The position numbers and the translations under genes are program-made. From Octopus vulgaris (taxonomy: Eukaryota), in contig OX597814.1 of assembly GCA_951406725.2 (NCBI GenBank), positions 20,026,001 through 20,090,000 of the forward strand: a stretch of DNA of 64,000 bases. The letters run 5' to 3'. Positions 52,287 through 64,000 of this stretch are shown here, one piece after another. Positions within the stretch are counted from its first letter, which is position 1; each line of letters begins with the position of its first letter. A model generated the notes under the pieces. The model was not told the origin of the DNA, ran no database searches, and was given only the letters and a program-made list of their open reading frames with translations.

Positions 52287-53429
52287 GGCACAAATCTGAA
52301 TGAAATTTTCTATTGATCTTAACACCTACACAAATGTTCCAGAATAATGAGTAGCTGAAATATGGACCAGCATCACCTGATATGGACAGTTGTTGCCGAA
52401 TATAGCCTTTTCTCATTCCTGAATTGACAATTTCAAATGCTGAGTACTGCTACAGGCTCAATGAAGGAGTCCACACAACTAGCTATCTGTTTTTCCCCAA
52501 AATATTCTTTTACTGCCTGTCATTCTTTAAAATTTACACACAAAAATATGCATACAAATAATGCATTTTCTATATCTTCAGTTCTGTCACGACAGAGAAA
52601 AAAAAAAAAAATTCATTTCACACTTTGATAATAATTTATTGATTTAAAAAATATCAAACTGACATTGGAAAGTCTAGTAAGAATTGAATATTATATTTCT
52701 GCTTTGAAGTTCACATATGATGATGATCATCATCATCATCATTTAATGTCTGTTTTTCCATGCTGGCATGAGTTGGATGGTTTGACCGAAAACTGGTAAG
52801 CTGGGGAGCTGCACTAGGTTCTAGTCTAATTTGGCATGGTTTCTATGGCTGGATGCCCTTCCTAATGCCAACCACTCCAAGAGTGTAGTGAGTGCTTTTT
52901 ACATGCCACTAGCACAGGCGCCAGCTATGTAACACTGGCATCAGCCACAACTACAATCTCTCTTGGTTCGACAGGTCTTACCAAGCATGGTATATCGTCA
53001 AAGGTCTCAGTCACTTGTCACTGCTTCTGTGAGACAGATATATTGAGCAAACAGGTAATCAATCTTAAGTAAATGGTTAATGAAAAATATTGCATATTTA
53101 ATAAAATAAAGACAAACACTCAAGAACTCATCGAACACATATACAACCAGAACCACAAACTCTAAGACAGGGACATTGTCTGGTGAAAGTTTTAGTTTAG
53201 ATCAATTTATTCACTCGTATGTGCCGGTGGCACGTAAAAAGCACCCACTACACTCACGGAGTGGTTGGCGTTAGGAAGGGCATCCAGCCATAGAAACATT
53301 GCCAGATCAGACTGGGCCTGGTGCAGCCTTCTGGCTTCCCAGACCCCAGTTGAACCGTCCAACCCATGCTAACATGGAAAGCGGACGCTAAACGATGATG
53401 ATGATGATGATGATGATGAAATCCAGTGA

Positions 53430-54090
53430 TAGTCTTTAAGGGTGGCTTCCTTGAACTTTGAGACAGTATTGTATTGTTTCTGAATGGTAAACCGCTTAGT
53501 GAAGAAATCTTAGCTGACATATTCTACCTTTCAGATATATTTGAAGGGTTAAATTTGCTGAACAAAAGCTACAAGGTAAAAAAACAAAACAAAACAATCT
53601 TTTAATTTGTAAAGAGGTTATTAGAGCTTTCCATGGAAAACTTAATAAATTCAGGATGAATATTAGGAGTTTATGCATTTACCAACACTTGATATTAGTG
53701 AGGAGGAGTAGGAAGAGGGTGGTATTTTAGAGTACATTGAGGTCTTGAAGAAATTGCACAATGGTACAGAAATTAGGTTAAAAGATCTCCTGGAAATAAA
53801 TTTTCCAAGCTTGGTCATAGACCCCTTTAGGACAAATGCAGCTGGTATTGATATTAAACTACAAGAAAGCTTTATTGAGTTGCAGAGTAATCAAATTACT
53901 CCAGTAAAATTTAACCATGGCTTCACTTATGGACAAGTAGTAAAATTGCTTTGAAATTCCCTTTCTACTATCAAAAGCTTGCAATTACTTAAAAATTATA
54001 AGTAAAGGTGATATTTGTCTGTAACAACCATGGACTTCTGATATTGAAAAACTTATGAAATTGTATCAGCCACAACGTTCTTATTCAATG
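53430..54090 (+). mobile_element. hAT (Buster/Charlie-like) transposase C-terminal relic
   Basis: Degenerate ...LNKKLQG..., RLKDLLEINFPSLVIDPF, LQESFIELQSN and terminal SDIEKLMKLYQPQRS. Confidence 0.65.
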
Positions 54091-54639
54091 CAGTAAAAAG
54101 GTAATATGATATTTTTTATATTTTGCTAAACGATTATATTTTTGTACCAAGAGAGTAACATATTTTTTTTAGAAGTTATTAATTTCCTGGGTGCCAAAGA
54201 TTTTTTGTTACAATGTATAATTATGAATGGTTGTTTTATTGAACCCACAAAATATATTTGTTCTGTGTGTAAAATAGAATAATAGAGGGATTAAGTATGC
54301 AATTGATAGACACTAATATTTTTAGGGATTTTATACATTAATAGTTGAAAACAGATTAAATTTTTGTTCAGAAATTGTTTTCATTACAAATTATCAATGT
54401 TGAAATACATTTCGTGATAATGACACTAATTTAAAACAATATGTAAAAGGTTATTATTTCATAAATTTTACAAATTTTATTTTTATTAAAAATTTTTTAT
54501 TTTTTATCAAAAGTGACCTATTTCTACTATTAATCCTAACTCTTACAAAACGGGAATACTTTTTTTTTCCCACAAATAATGACCAGGGGACCACAGAAAA
54601 ATTAAAGATTCCAAGTGAACCACTGCAAAACATACAACG

Positions 54640-54746
54640 GACTTTTATAACAGACGGAACTTATTTTCACTCGTCACAAGAACCGGTCTTCCCGAGGCAG
54701 ATCGCGCCAATTTTAAACTAAACATTGTCATCGGAGCCGAATGCTG
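54640..54746 (+). promoter_or_regulatory. Candidate promoter / non-coding first exon of the right-edge gene
   Basis: Local CpG enrichment ending in a strong donor CTG|GTAAGC at 54746/54747. Confidence 0.45.
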
Positions 54747-55693
54747 GTAAGCTGTGTTGTTTAAAGAATATATACTACAAAATTATGCATATATATTTAT
54801 GTGTTCATTTATTTCCATTTTTTCTGTTTGTTTTTAAACTTTTTCTTATCATAAATCTCAACCCTACAAAACTATTCTTTTTAACTGCGTCATTATTTTC
54901 CCCCAAGCTGATGAAATAAGTATCGGTACTACGATACTAGTACCTAAGTATCTATAATGTAGTTTTAATTCAATCGACACTATATTACTTTAGGAAGTAG
55001 CATTATACCGAGTCGAAATAAATATAGTACAATATTGTAAAACATCTTTTCAATAACGGAGCGTCCCCGTCACAAAGTATCTTCCAGTATATCTCTCGTA
55101 TTTGTTTAGAAAATTTAGATGCTTATCGATGTTTTAGATATACAGTTGGTAGTAATTCAACTGTTCCTTAGTTCTAAGCACGCTTGGTGGTATCTGAGTT
55201 GGAAAACAGTTGTATAAATACACGCCTTCAAATGTTTAATACTGTGAAAATATATACGTGATATGGCTTAACTCTTAATTTCTGGTTACCCCTGCCGCTT
55301 TGATAATTTCATCTCATCTTTTTTCTTATTTCGGGCACGGTCTCTTTTTTTTTCTTTTTGTAAGATGGTAGCGTGTAGTTGGACTGCTATTTCTAATGTC
55401 TCGGACGACTACGTAGAGGTTCCTTTCATGAAAACTGATGTTGCAGGAGAAAAACGTTGATATTTTAGTGAAACATAACTGCACTCACTTCAAGTATCAC
55501 TTCATGTAAAAGTGATAGTTATTTGAACACGTGAACCTATACACTTAATTGAATACTTTGAAATTATTTACAATACATATCTTTTTTATATGCATTTTGA
55601 CGGAGTTATGGAATAAGCACCGATAGGATTTATTAACTAATATCATGACCAACATGTTAAAAGAAATATTTATGGGAATAAACGATTTACCTT

Positions 55694-56417
55694 ACCGGCA
55701 TTCTTTCGTTAGAAACAACATAAAATCAGTTAATATAAAGATCTTCACTAGTTAACAAAAACAAAGGAAAACACAGCCTGCTGGGTGTTAAACAACTGTG
55801 TAGCAAACGAATATGACAAAAAAAAATTTGCGCAAACGAACCTGAGTGGGTGAAGGATTTTCGGAAAATTCACAAGATCCGATTTTGGGCTGTTATTTCT
55901 AGCATGTGGATAGCCTGCTTGAAGGTCAATTGGGAGAGGAGGGCGTTGGGGGTATATATATATATATATATATATGGTACTATTTGAGAACAGTGGTCCC
56001 GGTGCGCGCACTCGCGTAGTCGCGCATCCGCGCTAGCTAGTCGTGACTAGTCGATCCTACAACGACTACCTATCAAAGTAAATAAAACAAAAACACAGTA
56101 AATAATTTTTGAAACAAAGTAAATAACACACAAAAACACAAAGGATCGACTAGTCATGACTAGCTAGCGCGGATGCGCGTACCGGGACCACTGTTCGCTA
56201 GTAGTACCAATATATATCCATTTTCTTGAAAGTTATGACGGAAAAATCGGATCTTGTGAATTTTCCGAAAGTCCCCCCCCCACTCCCAGGTTCGTTTGCA
56301 CAATTTTTATTTGTCATAATCGTTTTCTAACACAGTTGCTAACACCCAGCAGGCCGGTTTTTTTTTGTTTTTGTTAACTAAAATCTTACCGGTATTGTTT
56401 CTAATGAAAGAAGACCG
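55694..56417. mobile_element. Long-TIR MITE containing a nested second MITE (55976-56208)
   Basis: Outer arms ~55696-55890 / 56243-56417 flanked by the direct repeat atttacctt. Inner GGTACTA...TAGTACC with ~90-bp CpG-rich arms, inserted in (TA)n. Confidence 0.8.
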
Positions 56418-57020
56418 ATTTACCTTCATAACTTTTTTCCAATAGATACATGAGTTTTTTGGGGTGGGTGGGGGAGCAAAGTAAAACATTATTAATTAGA
56501 GGTTAAAAGGCAATCACGACAGGGGCTAGTGCAGTTCCGCCCCTCTCCTTGAAAAATGCATTAAAAAAAATTTTTTTTTGGGATTCCTACGTTTTAAACG
56601 TCGGAGACGAATATGCAAAAAAAAAGGAATTTACTCCCCCCCCCCAACCCCACTCCAATTTAAAATTTTGAACTTTTCGAAATTTTTTCCCAGTGGCTGT
56701 GTGGTAAGTAGCTTGCTTACGAACCACATAGTTCTGGGTTCAGTCCCACTGTGTGGCACCTTGGACAAGTGTCATCTACTATAGCCTCGGGCCGACCAAA
56801 GCCCGAGTGATTGTGAGTGGATTTGGTAGACGGAAACTGAAAGAAGCCCATTGTTTGTATGTATATATATGTGTATGTGTGTGTGTATATATTTGTGTGT
56901 CTGTGTCTTTCCCCCCCAACATCGCTTGGCAACCAATGCTGGTGTGTTTACGTCCCTGTAACTTAGTGGTTCGGCAAGAGAGACCGATAGAATAAGTACT
57001 AGGCTTACAAAGGATAAGTC

Positions 57021-57383
57021 TTACAAACAATAACTCTGAGCACCTTTTCAAACTCCACCCGTGGACATATTTACAAAGTCAGAAAACAGCACAGCTCCCA
57101 TGACTTTAGGAAACATTTTTTCACACTGAGAGTTGCTGAAGCATGGAACAAACTGCCGGCATCAGTTGTTAGTTGTCGGAGCACTGCATCCTTCAAAACT
57201 TCCATGCTTTCTGAGATTCGCCAACACTACACCTGATTTTCTCCCCTCCATACACACACAAGCATGTATCTGACTCATACATTGTTTGCTTTCCAGACAT
57301 TTGTACATTACTGCATATACTTTATACGCACTTTCTGACAAGTTGTGGTGCACCTGAGCACTGTATACAATAATTTCATTATT
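57021..57383 (+). mobile_element. CR1 LINE 3' fragment inserted into a family-B SINE
   Basis: TRGHIYKVRK...RKHFFTLRVAEAWNKLP...SFK; (ATT)n tail; TSD ATAAGTC at 57014-57020 and 57384-57390. Confidence 0.85.
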
Positions 57384-58632
57384 ATAAGTCCTGGGTCAAG
57401 TTGCTCGACTAAAGGCAGTGCTCGAGCATGGCGACAGTCAAATGACTGAAACAAATAAAAGAGTAAAGAGTAAGTGTTTTAGATGATGGAGATTTCGAAT
57501 ATGTAAGAAACCACGTTTTCAAAATTTTAAATTCAATAAGCATATTAGATGTGTGTATAAAGAGATAGATATGAATGTCTTCCTGGGGCTAAAAGCAACA
57601 ATAACACCGTCTTCTATAGGACTGTTACATTTAGTTGACAAATCTATTTTATAAATAAACAGACAGGGATAAAAAAGATAGATAGATAAATGTATAAATA
57701 GATGAAAAAGTTCATAATTTAAAATTGGGGGAGGGGGTGAAATTTGAACCCCTTATTAAACTTTATAACATTATTTAAATATTGCTTGTTTCTCATAATA
57801 TGGTGTATACTCTTTTACTTGTTTCAGTCATTTGACTGCGGCCATGCTAGAGCACCGCCTTTAATCGAGCAACTCGACCCTGGGACTTATTCTTTGTAAG
57901 CCCAGTACTTATTTTATCGGTCTCTTTTGCCGAACCGCTAGGTGACGGGGACATAAACACACCAGCATTGGTTGTCAAGCAATGCTAGGGGGACAAACAC
58001 AGACACACAAACATACACGCACACATATATATGTATACGACAGGCTTCTTTCAGTTTCTGTCTACCAAATCCACTCACAAGACTTTGGTTGGCCTAAGGC
58101 TATAATAGAAGACACTTGCCCAAGGTGCCACGCAGTGGGAATGAACCCGGAACTATATGGTTGGTAAGCAAGCTACTTACCACACAGCCACTCCTACACC
58201 TACTTAGTTGACTTTTTTAATACCAAAGATGAAGGCGGTCAATTCTTTTGACTACTTAGTATTCCATTCGAATTGGTGTTTATGTTGTCGATACCAGAGA
58301 GGTAGATGAAAGTAATTGTTATAAAACGTTTAATTTTGCATTCTTTGTTTCAATATTCATATAAACATTAATTGTTGTTTACCCATGTTGCTCCTATCCT
58401 GCAGACTTATGACCAAAAACATTTCCACTGTGACCATCCTATTTTTTAGTGGGTAAGCATGTTTGTTTTTATTTATTTAAACAGAAAGGATTTGATTTGC
58501 CGAAGATTTAGTTGGTACGTCTGGCTAGTCGACTGACAGCGCAGTCTATTAAATTTAATTTGCTTGTATAAACAAAGAAATGTAGTGAGCCTCCACTATG
58601 TAGTGTGATAGTAATCTCTCTCTCTCTCTAAA

Positions 58633-59540
58633 TCATCATCATCATCATTTAACGTCCGCTTTCCATGCTAGCATGGGTTGGACGGTTCAATTGGGGTCTG
58701 GGAAGCCAGAAGGCTGCACCAGGCCCAGTCTGATCTGGCAGTGTTTCTACAGCTGGATGCCCTTCCTAACGCCAACCACTCCATGAGTGTAGTGGGTGCT
58801 TTTTACGTGCCACTGGCACAGGTGCCAGACGAGGCTGGCAAACGGCCACGATCGGATGGTGCTTTTTACGTGCCACTGGCACGGAGATCAGACTAAGCTG
58901 GCAAACGGCCACGATCGGATGGTGCTTTTTACGTGCCACTGGCACGGAGGCCAGTCAGGGCGGCGCTGGCTACGGCCACGTTCGGGTGGTTCTCTTACAT
59001 GCCACTGGCACTGGTATCACAGCTACAAATTCCATTGATGTTGATCGATTACAATTTTGATTTTCACTTGCCTCAACAGGTCTTCACAAGTGGAGTTTTG
59101 TGTCCCAAGACGGAAAGGAATGCATAAGTGGGCTGGCTACATCCCAGGTAGAGGCCACAGGATTATGGCCTCACTTGTCCTGCCGGGTCTTCTCATGCAC
59201 AGCATACTTCCAAAGGTCTCGGTCTCTAGTCATTTCCTTGGTGAGACCTAAAGTTCGAAGGTCATGCTTCACCACCTCGTCCCAGGTTTTCATGGGTCTA
59301 CCTACCTCTTCCACAGGTTCGCTCAACCACTAGGGTGTGGCACTTTTTCACACAACTATCTTCATCCATTCTTGCCACATGACCATACCAGCACAAACGT
59401 CTCTCTTGCACACCACATCTGATGCTTCTTAGGTCCAACTTTTCTCTCAAAGTACTTACACTCTGTCGAGTATGAACACTGACATTACACATCCATCGGA
59501 GCATACTGGCTTCATTTCTTGCGAGCTTACGCATATCCTC
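58633..59540 (-). mobile_element. RTE LINE 3' fragment with 3' UTR and (ATG)n tail
   Basis: EASMLRWMCNVS...RRLCWYGHVARM...GRGR; internal ~66-bp tandem repeats in the UTR. Confidence 0.88.
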
Positions 59541-59649
59541 AGAAATGTAATAAATCTTGAAAGTATTTTCTTATACAACACAATAGCTTAGAATTGATTT
59601 TGTTATATTTTTTTTAAACTTCCAGTTCTTACAAGCATTGTGATAAACC

Positions 59650-59676
59650 ATGGGGAAACCTGTGAAAGACAACTCG
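59650..59676 (+). CDS. First coding segment (exon 59626-59676) of an uncharacterised gene
   Basis: Acceptor ttttaaacttccag, Kozak-like aaccATGG, MGKPVKDNS, phase-0 donor TCG|gtaaat in frame with 63371. Confidence 0.6.
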
Positions 59677-60034
59677 GTAAATATATCTGTTTTTTAATGA
59701 ACTTTAAAACTAGAGATTGTCTCTCACTTGTATTGAATTGTTGTTTTCATAAATGCAGGCTTTTTAAGGTCTAGTTGGAAGGGGAAGAGCAAAATTTACC
59801 ATCACTCTAGAAACCTGGCCTAAATGCTTGTAACAAAGTGAACTCTGCTAAAGAGTCCCAAGATTCAGTTAATCTTAAATTCTCTGCAGATTAAGTCTAA
59901 AAATGTTATTAAACATAGCTACTTCAATGTAAAATGAAATTTAACTATCATTATTTCAATGTGGATTATTTATTTGAAATTAAATTCAGTGTTGTGTATC
60001 TATTTAATAGTTTTAAAAAAATTAACAAACAAGA

Positions 60035-60470
60035 CAGTTAGTTGGCAGAATTGTTAGCATGTTGGGTGCAATGCTTAGTAGCATTTTGCTTGTCTACGTC
60101 CTGAGTTCAAATTCCACCAGGGTTGACTTTACCTTTCATCCTTTGGATAAGTACCAGTTAAGCAATGGGGTTGATGTAATCGACTTACCTATCCCCTGAA
60201 CTTGCTGATCTCATGCCAAAATTTGAAACTATTATTAAATAACAAACTAATGTGGCAAGCTGGTGGAATTATTACTGCACTGGAAAAACTGCTTTCCAGC
60301 ATTTTTTCCATCTTTAATTCTGAGTTCAAATGCTGTTGGGGTCAACTTTACCCTTTGCCTTTCACCCTCTTAGGGTCAATAAAATAAGCACTAGTTGAAC
60401 TCTGGGATTGATGTAATCAATTTACTACCTCCCCAAAAATTGCTGGCTTTGTGCCAGAATTTGAAATCAA
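60035..60470 (+). mobile_element. Two tandem old SINE copies, family C (also ~40470-40570)
   Basis: ctgagttcaaat B-box plus a ctttcatcctt...gataa..agtacc domain reminiscent of Nin/Meta-type SINE central domains. Confidence 0.55.
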
Positions 60471-61721
60471 CAAGTAACAAGCTGACTCATACAGTTCTTA
60501 TTTAATTTTAAATATTGATAATTAGCAGAAGAATCATGAGTGGAATTAGAATTCCAGAGAAGTGGAGGATCTAAAGCTTAAGATGCCTGATCAAAATATT
60601 TGATATTGGTCAAATTTTTGTAGCTGTATCTGATAGGAACAATTATGCAGCAGGGAAAAGATGATATTAGTTAATGACTAATAGTCTTTTGAATTATTCT
60701 AGAATATTTTGGTTTTAATAGATTTCATTGCTGAACTTTAGCCATCACCATACATGCTGAAGTTGTGATGAAAGAAGCACTATGTAGATGTACAACATTG
60801 TACACACATAGGAAGGATGGTCTGGGAATTGAAATATGGTTAGGGCATGTAGATTCATTGAGTGGATGTAGGTAGGAGTAGTATAGAATTGATCTCATGA
60901 AAACATTGTTTTTGTCACAGTCGAAAGGTCATAGTTCTAGATTGTGTCAAGCTAATGGCCTTTTCTTGGATGCAGTATAGCAACTACAGTATTCTTTCAC
61001 AAAACAGGTTTGCTCAACTGGGTATATCTGAGAAACTACAAGAATCAGTTGTACAAAATAGTGGTCAGGACTAATCTTTTACGTTTTACAAACCCACCCT
61101 GTAGAATTGACCAATTTGGGTCGGTTGACTTTGAACTAGCATTGTTAAGTTGGCAAAAGTGTGCTGACTTTTCATTTAACAGCAGACTGAAAACAGTTCA
61201 ATGGGGGAAAAAATTGACTGTAAAGTGGAGATATTACTTCTTTTCTTGCACTAAATGATTATATGTTTTGAAGTTCATCAATTATCAGATTAAAAAGTCT
61301 TTATGAAGATTTTTATTATTTGCATAATTGATTACCTTCAAATTATGTTTATGTCTGATGTGGAAATTATGCCTAACTTATGTTTTCATTATGTATTGTT
61401 GAAAACATAATACATATGGCTCCATGCCGTTAAAAATGACGGCTAATTGTAGTATTTTATATATAAATAAGGTACATAATAATCACAGATACAAACATTC
61501 ACATACTTCCCTTGTACATGCATACACAGAGTTGAAATGTTGTTTGATTTTGCTTTTCAGCATTGAATGTTCACCATCCCACTTCCATTGTACGCGCACA
61601 CACACATTCACAAGACCCACTTTTATATACATACACATATACTCACGCAGAGTTGAAATGCTGTTTGATTTTTTTTTCACTATAGAACTTCCATTATCCC
61701 ACTACCAAGTTTGCTGTCAGC

Positions 61722-61976
61722 CCTTCTTTCCTTATTCATCTATCACCCCTTCCTTCCTTATTCATCTATCACCCCTTCCTTCCTTATTCATCTATCACCC
61801 CTCCCTTCCTTATTCATCTGTTACCCCTTCCTTCCTTATTCATCTATTACCCCTTCCTTCCTTATTCATCTATTACCCCTTCCTTCCTTATTCATCTGTT
61901 ACCCCTTCCTTCCTTATATCTATCACTTCCTTCCTTATTCATCTATCACTCCTTCCTTCCTTATTCATCTATCACA
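61722..61976. repeat. 26-bp pyrimidine-rich minisatellite (ccttccttccttattcatctatcacc)
   Basis: Period 26 (61741, 61767, 61793); about 9-10 units. Confidence 0.92.
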
Positions 61977-62824
61977 CATTCCTTTCTCATTCATATGTTG
62001 TGACAGAGAAATACACAAGTGTATTATTATAGCAGAAAATATGGATGGTAAATCAAATTAATACACTTGGCAATGTTCACATACTTCTCTTGTTCATATA
62101 CACACATATACTCACAGAGTTGAAATGCTGTTTGATTTTTCTTTTCAGCATTGACCATTCACTATCCCACTTCCATTGTGCACACACACAAACATTCATA
62201 TACCTCCCTTTTACACATATACTCACACAGAGTTGAAACACTGCATTTTTTTTTCACCCCTTCCTTTCTCATTCATATGTTGTGGCAGAGAAAAACAAGA
62301 TACACAACACACTCTTTGCCACTTTCTCTCTCTCGTTGCTATTACTTTCTCTCACTCCCTTCTTAGTCAGGGCTATTACTCTCACTACTTCTCCTTCACT
62401 GAATTACTATTTTCTCTCCTCTCCCTTCACTTATACTATGCTCCTTCCTGTTCCTTCCTGTGTGATTTTGGACAAATATATATAAAATCACTCATTATAT
62501 TTGGAGATTTTGAAATAGATTGTTATTGAATGCTACGAAAATATGGAAATGTTTTCAACAAAAGTTAAAAATGTAACTTTATTTTCTACCTTAATTATAA
62601 AAAATGTAACTTAATTTTCTACCTTAATTATATTGAGTCTGTTTATACTTTCGCTGCCTGTATTTTGTAATATATTTTCAACTATTTTGTAATATATATA
62701 TTTGTTTTCAATTTAGGATTCCAGCCAGCCAAAAATTTCATTTTTTATGGTAAGGCACAGCATTTCATATGTATTCAATTTCAAGTTTTGCACTTTGATT
62801 ATTGTATCATCATCAGAATATTGA

Positions 62825-63030
62825 GGTCATGTGTGGCGTGGTGCAGAGTCCTGTTGCCACACATAGGGTCTTCCAGCAGCCACCCTGTTGAGTTTGAGGC
62901 CATGTGGGAAGATGAATAACATCGCCATCACTAATGATCACTCCAAACACCATGATGTTGACTGGATGTTTGATTTTTATCATTCTCAATACATGTTTTG
63001 GGGACATGGCAAGTCAACAGTTGTTCTGTG
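62825..63030 (-). mobile_element. Tc1/mariner-superfamily transposase fragment
   Basis: KHPVNIMVFGVIISDGDV and, in another frame, AGRPYVWQQDSAPRH. Confidence 0.75.
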
Positions 63031-63370
63031 TGTTCACCATCTGTTTGTATTGGAGCTTCTGGCGCGAATGCCAAGCAGTACAGCAATGTTCTTTATAAAT
63101 TTCTGGCAGAGTGAATTGCTTTACGGTACTAGTTTTCTCACAGACAGTGCCCAACTGACCCCCACCATACTGTGTAGTTGACAAAATCAAAAATAAACAA
63201 TGTGCGAAATTAAAATTATAAAATGCCAACAATTTACCCATTGCATCCTGTATACATGCGCACACACACACACACACATAACTTCATTCCATATATCTTT
63301 ATATTGTATTGTAATGTTCTATTTTTGATCATATAAGAAATAAAAGAAATTATCTTTATTTTGTTTTCAG

Positions 63371-64000
63371 AATAATTCAAATAAAAGCATGTTTTCTGTT
63401 GTTGGAAAACCAAATTTCAAAAACCGATTACGGCTGTCAAAAAAGGCCTCAACTGTTTATGTGGCGGAACAACCAGAAAATTTTAGAAATAGTCAATTTA
63501 AAGCATGCAGCCAAACAGAAATTTCTAAAAGTCCTAAAAAGCCTCCTGTTTCATGTCAGACCTCCACTGATCTATTGCTGTTTAAAATGTATGGTGGTCA
63601 AAAACAGAAAATCACAGACACTAATGAATCAAATACAATTCCTGATATACAACTTGAAGGATCTTGTTCTAAAAGATCTCCTGTTTCTGATTTAACTAAT
63701 TTTGGTCCATATCCTCTCCCAACTACTTCAGGCATATTGAAATCAGTAAAAGAGGAAACTGTTCATCTTCACAAATCAGATGAAATTTCTGAAGTCTCTC
63801 ATCATCAGACCTGTACAAAGAATGACGGTGCTTCTGATCATTTAACTACTTTTAGTATATGCCCTCTGCAAAGTTGTTCCAATCTGTCAGAATCTATGAA
63901 TGCAGAAACTGTTAATCTTGATGATTCCAACATTATTCTTGAAACACCAGTTAAAAAAACTTGTATCAAAAAAGCAAATGCATTTGATGGCAATGGAAAA
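63371..64000 (+). CDS. Large coding exon of an uncharacterised protein, open to the window edge (210 codons)
   Basis: Acceptor ttttgttttcag at 63370. Frame NNSNKSMFSVVGKPNFKNRLRLSKK...NAFDGNGK has no stop; missed by the ORF track because it runs off the end. Confidence 0.8.

Noticed and set aside
63399-63695. 98-aa ORF in the track
   Set aside because: An alternative frame overlapping the longer open exon frame starting at 63371.

Overview
Eukaryotic, AT-rich, repeat-dense DNA; the SINE/LINE repertoire resembles cephalopod (Octopus-like) genomes (inference). The window has two domains. (1) 1-29,880 is a heterochromatin-like block. It has 3-4 decaying tandem copies of a ~7 kb macro-unit (an isolated 54-nt ASAP ArfGAP exon, 32-bp and A/T-tract satellites, Penelope/Helitron/CR1-L2/SINE/RTE pieces) that grade into pure satellite. 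The satellite carries about 18 copies of a ~170-bp cassette whose reading frame, MPHHPRYTRFCFTLNNYDDVDVYRLQHMEHIRYMVF, looks like the promoter and N-terminus (RCR motif I) of a CRESS-DNA/circovirus-like Rep. The block ends abruptly in a truncated Gypsy element (gag, tRNA-Trp PBS, LTR). (2) 31.3-64 kb is genic. It holds an intact serpin with an uninterrupted CDS and no signal peptide, whose reactive loop puts Asp at the CrmA P1 position. The serpin sits inside a ~2.2-kb inverted duplication that preserves the empty site of a Helitron. This half also has Merlin, hAT, mariner, Penelope and RTE relics, several fold-back MITEs, and the 5' exons of a spliced gene running off the right edge. All coordinates and counts were read by eye; no database searches were run.
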